Positions 1 through 11,516 of a stretch of DNA of 42,644 nucleotides are shown here, one piece after another. Position 1 is the stretch's first letter, and each line of letters starts with the position of its first letter. The stretch spans positions 1 to 42,644 of the forward strand of contig MU271575.1 in the NCBI GenBank assembly GCA_021432655.1. Direction: 5' to 3'. Source of the DNA: Atractiella rhizophila. Lineage: Eukaryota. The translations under genes were made by a program, and so were the position numbers. A model generated the notes under the pieces. That model saw only the letters and a list, made by a program, of their open reading frames with translations. It searched no databases and had not been told where the DNA came from.

Positions 1-540
1 CTACAGGACCATTCACGGCCTTCTTGTCCCCTATTTTCGATACAGATAAGTAAGTATCGGCACCTCTCCTGGAGAAGAAAAGGAGGGACGGACCTGTCAC
101 CTATTTAGATGAAATTGGGAATGATCAGCTAAAATTTTGTGCAATGGTCGTGGAAAGAATATGACGCACATCTCACTCTACGTAGTCTGTTCCCAAGAAA
201 GTCATGTTATTACTTCTCACTTCTATTTGAACTTAAGAAGACGGAAGAGGAGAAAAGACGAACCTGCAACTATCGCATGCCTGGCTCGCTATACCACCCA
301 ATTTATTCCATAGGTCTATTAAGTAAGAGCTGGCTTACCCTACGCGTCGAACACGGTTAACTTGAGCCCAAAAAAAGACAGCGATAAGGAGAAACAAAGA
401 CAACTCACTCTCACCCTCTTCTTCCCCGCTTCCGCCTGAACGGGCAATGGCGCCTGTACCGACACCTGACGCTGTCCTCCCGGGCCAGGGGGAGGCCTAA
501 TCTGAGGTGCAGGTGCTGGTGGTGGTGGAACCTGAGGCAT
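1..540 (-). CDS. Zn(II)2Cys6 (GAL4-type) transcription factor, N-terminal part; gene continues beyond the left edge
   Basis: Splicing exons 540-409, 339, 288-264, 186-170, 100-94 and 30-1 (GT-AG introns 340-408, 289-338, 187-263, 101-169, 31-93) gives MPQVPPPP...AGKKRVRASQACDSCRLRRVRCDRGQEGREWSC, i.e. Cx2Cx6Cx10C preceded by a basic patch. ATG at 540 is the only in-frame ATG of ORF 340..768; a more upstream exon cannot be excluded. Confidence 0.85.
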
Positions 541-1188
541 GGATCGAGGTGCGGGAAAGGGTCGTTCAGAGGAAGGGCCGACGAATTTTCTGGTCAACTT
601 CCTCGACACGTCCGGTCCGTGCACTATCCCAGCAACTTCCCTCGATGTTTTTTTTGTGCCTTGGGATTGTTGTTTGGGCACAGATGCGCTTGTGCGGTCG
701 ACACTGATTCTCTTGGGATTTCGATGTCGTTGTTCCCACTTTGTGGAAGAATTCAGTTCGCGGTGCACTTAGATCACTTCGAGTTCATTTCGGTGAGCTT
801 AGGAGGGACAGTTATTATTTACGCCATGCACGCCATTCTCAGCACCTCAGGAATGAGTACTAGTGGGTGGAGGCTCCTCAAATCAAGTAACGGGGAAGAA
901 AAAGAAGATTTATTTCGCCATCTCCTGGTTGAAGTAGAGAGGAGAAAACCAGTAAAGGATCATAGTAATCATAGGTCGATGATGGGGGAGGGGGAAGGGC
1001 GATGAAATATGAAGTTCTTCTTTTATCAATCAATCAATCCATCAAATCCTCATCTCATTTCCATCTCTCTCTCTTTCCCCCGCCGCCTCTCTTCTTCCAA
1101 TTCCACCAGCACAACCCCTCACTCCTTTTCAATCTACTAGCCAGATCACTCAACACACCAGAAAAATGGTGAGAAAAGACTTACACGC

Positions 1189-3308
1189 TCACTGACCTTC
1201 CGCAGGCCTCCTCGAATACTCATCCAAAACAGCCATCGCCTCCCTGACCTTCGCATTGAGAGCATTGGGATCCTCCACCAAACTAAGAAGTTCAGCGTTG
1301 TCCATCTCCAACAGCATACCAGTGATCTTGCCGGCTAGCTCAGGCTGAACCTCTTGAATCTTTGGATACAGATTCTCTCCCAGGATTTGCTTGTGGTCAG
1401 CGGGATTAGCTGCCGCCAAAGTAGCAGCGATGGCAGACTGCTGCGGAGGGGGAAGGGTTGCTCCAGGTCCGCTAGAAGGAGAAACGGGCTCTCCATTCGC
1501 TCCGCGTCCAGGGGGCTTGCCAGCATAACCGCCACGAGCAGCAGCTGCTCCTCGTCCTACTCCATTCACTCCTCCACCACGAGGTCCAGTCCCAGTCACG
1601 CCAGGTCCACCGCGACCGCGACCGGCAGCAGGTCCAGCACCGGGAGGGAAGGGAGGCATGTTGTATGGCATCGGGGGAGGATATTGGGGTCGCCCACCTG
1701 GACCCGGTGGCATCCTTGCGCCAGGTTGACCTATACCGACACAGATGGTTAGTTCTATTCTTGGCTCAAAGAAGGAGGGGATTAAAAAACGGAGAAATCT
1801 AACCTGGGTACATCGCCCGACCACCTGGAGGAGGATACGCAGGAGCACCGTAGTACATGGGATGAGGGTTCATGTAAGGGAGGCCAGGAATACCAGAAGC
1901 GGCCTATTAAACCAACAGAAGGTTAGCCAGAGCTCAGGCTCAAAATGGTAGCAAGGGAAAACGCACGAGCTGCTGGTTCCTAAGTTGATTCCTCTGCGCA
2001 ATCTGCGCCTCCAGCTGCTGTTTCCTCACATCCTTCCTCTGTGCAAGCGACACGTATAGGGGTTTCGTTCCAATCATCTTTCCGTTCAACTCGTTCACCG
2101 CCTTCGTCGCTTCGTCGGGGGCAGAGAAACAGACGAAGCCGAAACCTTTCGAATTTCCCTTGTCGTCCTCCATGATCTTTGTCGAAGTGATCGTTCCGTA
2201 TTTCGAAAATTCGGCTTCGAGTTTCTCCTTCGTCCAGTCGTCGTCCATATTCTTGATGTAGAGGTTAACACCTTGATACTTCAAGGTTTTCTCGTATTTC
2301 TGCTGTTCATAACTCCTCCTCAAATCTTCCTCCCTCTCGCTCTTCTTCTGGGCCCTCGTGACAAACAGCTCCTTCCCTTTGAATGGTTTCTTATGCAAAT
2401 CATCAACCGCCCTCTTCGCATGCTCGTGATTCTCAAAATTTACGAATCCAAATCCCTTGGACTTTCCTTCTTCGTCTCTCTGAACGATTGCGGAGGTAAC
2501 AGGTCCAAAAGCCTCGAAAAGCTGTCTGAACTCTTCATCGGTTGCCTCCGGGTCGATCTCCTTGATGTACAGATTCGTAAACCTCGACCTAATCTCGTCA
2601 ATCTTTGCTTGCCTCTCCCTCTTGGGGATATGAGGGCCGACAAAGACGACTTTATCGTTGAGAAGCATGCCATTGACCCTCTCGATCGCCTCTTGTGCAG
2701 CCTCAGCAGTGTCGTAGTGAACGAAACCGTAGCCTTTCGATTGGCCTTGATCGTCAACAGCGACTTTGCAGGAGAGGATGTTGCCGAATGCGGCAAAAGT
2801 GTCGTGAAGAGCCTTGTTGTCGATATTCTCATCAAGGTTCTTAATGAAGATGTTGCCAGCAGAGGTCTTGCGCAGAGAAGGGTCGCGTTGAGACCACATG
2901 ATCCGGCAGGGTTTATTCTTGATTAAGGAGTAATTGAGCTGTTCCAGAGCGCGTTCACCTGCATCGAACACGTGGAATTAAACTCTCATTTCGCGAACTA
3001 AAAGAAGACATACTGTCGCCAGAACCAACGTAGTTAACATAGGCGTACCCCAAACTCCTCCTCGTCACCGCATCCCTGCAGACACGAATGCTTGCCACTT
3101 GCCCAATCATCGAGAAGATTTCGTAAAGCATCGCTTCGGTGACAGTTGGGTCCAACTCTCCAACATAGAGCGAAGTTCCTCCGGGAGAGGTCGGGACAGC
3201 CGGAACTTGTTGAGGAGGGGGAGGAGGCATGTGAACGGGAACACCGTCAGCTTGGGGAGGGTAGGCACCTTCGGATGACGGCATAGGAGGAGCGACTTCA
3301 GCAGACAT
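1189..3308 (-). CDS. PAB1: Polyadenylate-binding protein (4 RRM + C-terminal MLLE/PABC domain)
   Basis: RRM motifs [66 protein letters not shown] motif [11 protein letters not shown]. Introns 2959-3013, 1904-1966 and 1731-1803 join the ORF pieces in frame. Confidence 0.97.
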
Positions 3309-3744
3309 TTTTTCGATTTTCGAATATGGTTTAGTCGACGGAGACGTTCGTGAGCGTTACTGAGTTTCTAGAATGCGAGTCGGCAACAATGCGTATAACA
3401 ATGAAGGAGAATGGGGGAGGACAACAAAGGGACGGCGCGCACGGACCAACCCAGGAACAACAATGCGGGGGACGGGAAAAAGTGGCGACGACTCACATTC
3501 TTTAACCCAGATAAAATCTACTCTGTAAAGAGGAGTGCAGCCTTCGGATTTCTGGACAGAATCGAGGGCAGAGGAAAGAGGAAGAGATGGATTTTAAGAT
3601 TTTAGAGGATTGATTGATTTCTTCTTTTCGCCCCGTTAAAAAAGGTTTTCTTGATTTTTTTGGCTGAGGTTTTCGAATGAACCAGGATCAAAGAGCGAGA
3701 GAACTGGATCTGAAGATATCTGAACCTCGTTTTATGGCTTTTTG

Positions 3745-5928
3745 ATGTTTTTCGAGACTTCGAAGATAAAAATTCGACAACTCTTGGTGGTCGAGAAAAA
3801 AGGGGACACGCCTCCGATTCTCATCAACCTCATCAACTCTGACACAATTCCGCCACCAGCAAGCGCAAGCTGGGCAGAAAACGACGAGATGATCATATTT
3901 ACCCCGCCAGGTGGCCCTCCCGAGTCTCCCAACCCAATTCCTGACCTACTCCCCGACCTCGCATCCACAGAAGTCACAACAAAGCAGCTGACCAAGTCGT
4001 CGAAAGCCGCCAAGTATCGATACGACAAAGAATGGGATCATACCTTCACTTGGAGCTCAGTCAAGCACTTCCATGTAACTAGTGTTGATGATGGGTGCGT
4101 TTCTCCTTTTTAAACTAGTTTGCACTTTGGAGAGAAGGAGAGGTTCACTTCCATTACATTTCTGTAACTATTCCCCTTCCTAGCTGCAAGTAGCACTGTC
4201 GAATCATAATGTGGATGTTGTTCGTATCTCCTTGAAAGCAAGGAGCAGGACGACTCTACCCGCTTAACTTGATTTGATACAGGAAGACACCTCCTCATCA
4301 TGTGTGGACAAGAGGACTAATGTTTATTGACTTTGAATTCAGCTGTCTGAGCTAGGCCTTTCCTCTGGTTTCTTCTATTAGCATAGCATTCATCTTCACT
4401 GTGACATCGAACCATTTCAGCGAGAGTGCATATCTTTCAAAGTGCTGTGACTCTTTTTTGTCCTTAACTGTGTTCCGCTGGTGAAATCTTGGTTTGACAG
4501 AAAGTAAATCGATATTGTTTCTTTGTTCTTAGCAAAGTCCCATTTTACGTGTTGCCTCCTTTCAATCTACAACGCAATTTCTCCCTGCGAATCAATTCAA
4601 TCCTAATTTACGCATTATTTTTCCACACTCAATATTGGTCAACGTGCCTATTGGATTCGTCATGCAGCAAAGTCACCAGATCCGTCATAACGAAGTAGGA
4701 GCATGATGTAGCAACCAATCTTGCCTTGGGACTCTTGCCAGTTCTTTCCTATGATACTCCTTCGTCTCCTTCGCATAATCTAAGGAGGGTATCGGTTTGC
4801 GTCTCCATAGCATTTCTACATGCATGGACGTAAGTCTTTAACGGAGAAGTATAGCTGTGGAGTTTGTGCTGGAGATGAGTGAACTCTTTCAGGAGCGCTG
4901 TCCGTGCCCACAACGACCGATTCACAAGAGTTCTGTGTGCAAAGCTTTACACTCGGTTTGACTGTCATCTAGTTCTTGTGTTTACTCAATTTACCTCGTT
5001 TCTTATCATCTTCTTAACTAACATTATCATTAGCAAAGTGCACCAGTTCCACGCCCCCCTGTGCCGCAGCATCTCTGTCTTTCATGCACCTGCCTTCCCA
5101 CGTCTGCGACCGACTGTACCGTCGAATCTACCACCTTCTAAACAAGCGGCTTTCCGACGGTGGCTCGAAATCAGACAGATGTATGAGCTGAAGTCTCCAT
5201 CTTGGATGAACAACTGCTACGTCTCCTTTTGGTCTGGTTCCTCGGACTCTACCGTATACGCCTCTTTCAAGGAAGCTTTCCGGGATAGCATATTTTCAGC
5301 ACGCTTTCAGAAGAAGCAGGAGACAGAAGAGGGAAAGGAGGGAAAGATGGTCCTGGTAAAGCAGGAAACTCCAAAATTCAAAATGCATCGACATCCTCCA
5401 CTACGCGATCCATCATTCCCTCGCATTGGAGGGGATGTGGCAGCCACCAATTTCGAGCCATTCAGAGAAGTTTACTACATTAGAAGCTTTGGCGCCATTG
5501 CCGCTTACCCGCCAACGGTGGTGCACTACTTTGGGGAGAAGTTCTTCCTCCCTGGTTGGAAGGCATTGAGCGAGTTTGGCACAAAGGAGTTTTGGATTGG
5601 GGAGAGCGGCGGAGGGCCGGAAGAGGGCAAAAGGAAACCGATGTTGCAAATCTACAAAGATATTGGTAGTCTGGTGCGCATTTTTCTTGATTGGCTCAAC
5701 CTCAATCTCACCCGCTGTCAGGCAATGGAGAAGTTCAACCCAAACTCTATGGACTCTTTTCTCACCCAAGCTAGGGAAGCTCAGAATCAAGCCTTCGAAC
5801 AGCGAAGAAAGCAAGAGAAGCGCGAGCAAGATCTGAAGCTGATTCAAGAAGAAAGGGAGAGGATTGTGGCGGAAAACAAGAAGCGAGATCAGGAAGAGAA
5901 ACACGGTAACGCTAAGCCTCCAGCTTGA
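3745..5928 (+). CDS. Hypothetical protein, multi-exon; 5' exons unresolved; C-terminal coiled coil
   Basis: Long protein-like frame ~5033-5928 with an in-frame 48-nt GTGCGC...CAG intron (5674-5721) and a charged helical tail; open frame 3745-4094 and several splice-like signals in between that I could not join unambiguously. Confidence 0.5.
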
Positions 5929-6152
5929 GCTTAATTGATTTTGTTCGTTCTATTTCGCTATTCTGTACTTGTGCAATATCATTGAGGTTTTTGCTAGACC
6001 TCATCTGTGTCATATGATTCCTCAAAGTCCAACTGACGGTCTATGTCATTTTCACTTTTCTTCATGGTCTCATGCCACTATCGCACTCATTCAAGTACAC
6101 ACCCCATCCACTGTTTTCTCCCGCCACCCCCTCAGAATTCTCCTATCTCTCC

Positions 6153-8239
6153 ATGCTGTCTTTTGTGCTCTTGTTCCCTCTTGCACAAGGATCCCGTCAT
6201 CCCTCCGGCCGATCCTCTCAACGGCTGCACAGCTCCCTTGCTGGCCCGCCAAATGAAACGTTGGTCTTCCCCACGTCTCGGTTTGGACATGCTACTTTCT
6301 ATATCCCAGAAGAAAAAGTCATTTATTACGTTGGTGGTCACGATTCTCCGGACCATCAGGTTGACTTCTTCTACCTCGACCATTCAGATCAGCACCATTG
6401 CACTATTCCTCCTCCCCCTTCCCACATTTCTTCCTCCGCGTATGCAATTTCAGAAAGAGGGGATCTGTGGACCATTGGCGGGACCTGGGCGAACTGTTCT
6501 GAGGATCGACCTTGGGGATACGTTTATAAGCCATCTATCCGAGAATGGGTTTCTGTTCCACGGTGGAGAAGCGAGACGCGAAGAATTGGAGCGCAGGCAG
6601 TATCACGGCACGGGAAGATTTATGTTTTCGGTGGATTCGAGGATCATAGCACATGCAGCGGAGGAGGGCCAGCTGGGTATCCGTTCATGGATATTTGGAC
6701 GGAGAGAACTGGCACGGCGCGTCGCATTGCAATGTCGAGGAGCGATCTCCTATTGCCTCACTGTACACCATTAAATGGGCGCGCTAGGGGACGGCAATAC
6801 CCCATCAACCCGAAGCTATTAGAGAGACACCAAGAACTGGTTGATGCCTCGAGAAGCGATTATTCAGCGAGTGTAATTGGAGGGAAGCTTGCTTTCCTTG
6901 GAGGTGTGACACCTGGTGGAGAGCTGGTCAGCATGGAGATTGTCTTGTTGTTCGACACTGTCAAGGAAGAATTTTCATCGGAGGTTTGTTTGACCTCTAC
7001 CATTTGCTCCTGCCTTCAGTTCTAATGTTTAGACAGACGATCTCATGCTCCTCTACCTGTCCACCTCCAACACGCGGTCATGCCTCCGTCGTGCTTCCTT
7101 CTGGACGGATCCTCGTCCATGGTGGCCTTTCTTCCTCCTCCGTTCCTCTTTCTACTATGTACATCCTCTCCCCTCCAGATCCCTCACGTAACGCAACGCT
7201 GTTCACTTGGCGTCAGATCGCGTCCTCTTCGCTCATCCCTTCCCCTTCTCGAGCCTTCCATTCTGCTGTCCTACTTCGTGGTGACAATGAAACGGCAACC
7301 ATAGTATTTGGTTTTGGGCTGGATGCGAGCAAGAAAGGAGCGGAGAAAGATTTATGGATTTTGAGGGGGAATGAAGCTGAGGATCGCTGGGAATGGATGG
7401 ACGCGCGATCGTTCCTGGCCGTCCTCGGAGGTTCGACGTCTAGCCAGGAAAGCGACCTGCTTACAGCCAGCGTTCCCGTTGTCGTGCTTCCTACCACACG
7501 ATCAATCCCTGGCAGCTTGACGGCCGATTCCACTCGTTCTATTTCTGCGCCTTCGCTTTTATCGTCCACTTCCAGTGGATTGACCCTCCCTACTTCCCCC
7601 GCCGTTACCAGTATTCCTTCAGCGACCGCTTCTTCGTCCCCGACAAACACATCTTCCACTTCCTCCTTTAGCTCCACACCAGCGGGGGCAATTGCCGGTA
7701 CCATTGTTGGTGCAGTTCTCGCAATGTGTGCTGCTGGAATCCTTCTCTTTGTCCTCACACGGCGACGAGGCGGTTCCACCCCCCCAGCGCCGCATTCAAC
7801 ATCTAACACTTCCCTTTCGGGCAAATCGCATGCCTCTCTCCTCCAAGAAATACTCTCGGACTCACCATCTCATCTCGATCCTCGTCTCGATTCTGGAGAA
7901 ACAGGCTTCGTCGTCCTCCGTCCTCCAGTCGCCCCTCTCATTACCATTTCGCGGCCGCCCGCGTCGTCTGATGCAGATGGAACTATTGGAAGCGCACAGT
8001 CTATTCGATATCTCACTCCACTATCAGTTTCTAAACCTGTCGATATCGATGAGGAGCAGGAACGATTGAAGACAATGGTCGCGATCCCCGAGAGCTTGAG
8101 ACCACGAAGTCAACTAGTCGTGAGAAACTCGACAGCAGGTGAACCCACGCCAATGAAGATTCGATGCCCTGCGGATGAGTGTCTGGAGCGAATTGATATT
8201 GACGAGTTTGGACGAGCTTATGTTGTGCCAGTCTTTTGA
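6153..8239 (+). CDS. Kelch-repeat (galactose oxidase-like beta-propeller) single-pass membrane protein
   Basis: Signal-like start MLSFVLLFPLAQG; kelch motifs IYYVGG, LWTIGG, IYVFGG, LAFLGG, ILVHGG, IVFGFG; Ser/Thr-rich stalk; TM helix GAIAGTIVGAVLAMCAAGILLFVL followed by RRR. Intron 6984-7036 (GTTTGT...CTAAT...CAG) joins the two ORFs in frame. Confidence 0.88.
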
Positions 8240-8353
8240 ACGTCTTTTAACGAAGCTTGCTCAGTTTTATTCGTGATGTAAAAAAAGTATTGGATGAATG
8301 GTCAGAATTACAATTACATGGGCTGGTGTGAATATCTCAATAAAGGGACCCTC

Positions 8354-9428
8354 TCAACTTGTTTCCCACCTCTCCCCCGCTTCCCACTCTTTAATAAACT
8401 TACCTACCCGTTCCCTAGTCCTCTCTCGCCCTTCACTTCTCCCAAAAGCCTCCACAAACTTCCCTTCAGGATCCATGAGGTAGAAGAAGATGCTGTGGTC
8501 GACCAGGTAGTCGTCACCTGGTTTCGCTGTTGGAGGAGATGAGAAGTAGACTCTGTAGCCTTTGCAAGCCGTCTTGATGTTTTCGTAGGAACCTGTCAGA
8601 CCGATGATGGACGAGTGGAAATCTCTGAGATATGCGTCAATAGCTTGTGGTGAGTCTCGAGCAGGATCGCAGGTTATGAACAGTGGGGTGATCACTGTGC
8701 CTTGCTTTTCACCTGAAATTCCTTCAATGTCAGAAAAGGCGAGAAAAGCTGTGCTCACGTGTATAATCTACAATATGGCCCATTTTATCGAGTTCTTCAG
8801 GGCAAATATCAGGACAGTTGGTGAAGCCGAACTGTTCCGCCAAGAACAGGTTCAATACATACGAACAACTCTGGACATAGGTTCGAAGGAACTCACATAG
8901 ACCAATGACCATTTCCCTAGCATATCCTTGTCGGTATATTGATTCCCTTTCGTGTCCACCAGCTCGAATGGACCTCCAAGGTTTGGTCGTCCCATCCGTT
9001 TCGGCGCCATCTCTTCCCCTGCGTCACGGTCAGCATGCGTGCAAAGAAGGCCGACAGGGACAACACGAACGCTTTCGCTCTTCTATCTTCGACTTTTCGT
9101 TCTGGAAATACAGGAAAAGTCCAGCGCCTGTGCCCAAGAAAATAGCCAGCGCTTTGAAGTTGAACACCTGCATTGTCGTTTAGCCAGGCCGAGTTTGGGA
9201 TGATGGACGCACTCCAAGCGTTGAACGCGCTCTGTAAACCTGTCCATCCGCTGTTGAACTCCCTTTCGAAGACTTACCGTCCGACGAAGGAGGAGGGGGA
9301 GAACTGGACGACTGTGTGGGGAGAGAATACGGACGCCGGCAAGCAGTGAAAGAAGGAGAAAGGAGCACAGACTGTCGAGTGGAGCACCTGCGTACTGCAT
9401 TCGAAGTAATTCGAGCAACAAACGCCAT
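8354..9428 (-). CDS. SCO1: SCO1/SenC mitochondrial copper chaperone for cytochrome c oxidase
   Basis: Arg/Ser-rich presequence MAFVARITSNAVRR; TM segment VFNFKALAIFLGTGAGLFLYF; LGGPFELVD; FGFTNCPDICPEEL (CxxxC); FITCDPARD; DYLVDHSIFFYLMDPEGKF. Introns include 9168-9212 and 9019-9070. Confidence 0.96.
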
Positions 9429-9872
9429 AGCAGCTGCAAGTATTGGGCAAGTGGGGTGACTTTTCGGAAGGTGGTCTGAAATTTCTTTAGTTTCTAGGTC
9501 AACACCAACTATACTGTTATCCGAAATATTGGAATGTTTCCCTTCAGCTGCGCAAAAACAGAGCGACGATTGTTCCAAGACAAGGGAGTAGCCAGGTTCG
9601 TCTAACTAGACCTGTCCACTTTGTCAGGGTGCGCTTGTAGGATCCATAGACAACACCATCAATGCTCTATGTTTGCCTTGCCAAAAGTTTGCGCAGCGCG
9701 GAGCTGAGTCCCTGCAGCACACAGCCCGCATTTCCGCTGCTGGTGTTTACGAGCAAATTACGTCATGCAAGAGTGACATAAAAGTGGGCAATCCACATCA
9801 TTTCTCTTCTCAAACGAGCTATACCTCCCATCACATCCTTAACGATCTTAACGTCCATTCACGAACCCAGCA

Positions 9873-10192
9873 ATGGCCAAAGCAACGTTGAACCAGCCTT
9901 CCTCCGCTCTCAACACTACCATTCCACAACCACCTTCTCCCTCGTACTCTTACAAACCAAAAATGTCAATTCCGTTACAGACAAATGACGGTGGAGAATG
10001 GACGGAGCGTAAAGGGGAGGGAAAGCAGGATGCTGAGGTGATGAGGCTGCGAGGAGGTGCGTTTTTCGCTGGTTCTTTGCTTGGGTAAAAGGTTTTGATC
10101 TTTCCATGGTGTTATTCATCATCATAGGCTGTATTCCTTGTCCCGATGGTAGCGTGTGCTACATTATTCCATGCTGTTGTCCTTGTCCGTAA
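9873..10192 (+). CDS. 82-aa microprotein: disordered N-terminus, MRLRGG, then a 20-aa Cys-rich tail (CIPCPDGSVCYIIPCCCPCP)
   Basis: Exon 1 9873-10056; intron 10057-10127 (GTGCGT donor, TTGAT branch-like, first downstream AG = CATAG); exon 2 10128-10192 ends TAA. The spliced tail has 7 Cys in 20 residues, which is unlikely by chance. Confidence 0.8.
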
Positions 10193-10624
10193 AAAAGAAT
10201 GGAATGTCGTGTAAAGGGGCGGACAATTGGTTTTGGTTCAAGTGTATGAGTGTACAGTACATGTATTGGGTTAGTAATTCACAATATGTAAATCTCCGTT
10301 GTTGTCTGTTGAATACAGTAAGATGTGTATCTCGTTCAATAACACTTCATTGCGCTACCAACATGGAAGCTATTTCGTGTCACGGACCTGATTGACTGCC
10401 AGCCATTCCACAATACGCAATGTTTGCTCTTGTGTATTCGCGACTGTCGTTTACACTCTTTCGTCATAGTAGACAAAAGAAAGTGAGTAGAGTTACAGTA
10501 ACATTCTACAAGAGTATTCAATCTTCAAGTCCTTGAACAACTGTAGGTTTTAAACAACGTTCCATTCTATAACAAAATAAACGACGGACAATCCAAAACC
10601 AAAACGAGAGGATAAACCACAGGA

Positions 10625-11516
10625 TCACAACTTCTTAGGACCGTATTTCTTCGTATCCCATTCCTTTGGCGGACTGACCTTCTTCATCAACAAACCGTCG
10701 ACCTGTTCAACATCCAGAGAGAAGAGTTTCTTGAAGGCTGATTTGCTGAGGTCAGCCCATGGACCTGAACAACCTAATATCTCCAATAAGAGGTGATGGG
10801 ACGGGTTACAAATTACGCACTTGCGCACATGTCCACGACGCGAACGAGGACCGATTTCTTGCTTTTCGGATCTGTTAGTGTGATGAAGGTACCACAGTCT
10901 GGTCCATCTATCCGTACTCGTCAGAACAGCAAGTGTAGATGAGGGAAGGAGCAGCGCACTCTTCCAACCGAGAGTCACGGCAGCAATCATCGAAGAATCG
11001 GTCGGTTGCCATTTTGATTGCTGCCAGCAGTAAGGGTTGCGAAGATTTTGACCAGAGTACCTATAATATGAGTTGTCTATTGATCAAAGACTGCTCGAAT
11101 GTTTAACGAAAGGTTTACCACGTAATCCTTGATTTCACGACGGCTCCGTTCATCACATCCGAGGCTCTCCTCACCAGCGTCCTCAGCATCGACTTCTTCC
11201 TAGCAATCGACCTCGCGACGGGGGAGTGACTTTCTAGGCTTTCAAATTCGTCCATAAGGCCATACTGAAGTTCGCGTCCGTCGTAAGAAACAACGCCGTC
11301 ACGTTGGAGAAGCTCTTCGTCGTGCGAGGATGCATTCGAAGTAGACGCAGGCACAGTGAAAAGAGCGGGAGAGGGCTCATCATGCACCATCAATCCGAAA
11401 TTGACGAGGATACCATCCTCCGCGAAGCGACTTTCTTCGGACGTTGCTGGTGACGATGTAGCCGCAAAGGAGAAGACGGCCAAAGAGAATAAGGGTAGCG
11501 CAGATAGAAAAACCAT
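10625..11516 (-). CDS. Secreted RlpA-like double-psi beta-barrel (expansin/loosenin-like) protein
   Basis: Signal peptide MVFLSALPLFSLAVFSFAA. After removing 3 introns (first 11061-11118) the C-terminal domain reads ITWYSGQNLRNPYC...MIAAVTLGWKNGPDCGTFITLT...VLVRVVDMCASCSGPWADLSKSAFKKL, the typical DPBB pattern. Confidence 0.85.

Noticed and set aside
2273..2926. 217-aa antisense ORF inside PAB1 (and similar shadow ORFs in the kelch, ADAM, RVS167 and PHO84 genes)
   Set aside because: Explained by codon bias of the sense gene; no independent coding signal.
9232..9277. GTAAGT...CAG 46-nt intron-like segment in SCO1 exon 1
   Set aside because: Splicing it would frameshift the downstream TM exon; read-through is open and in frame, and there is no good branch site.
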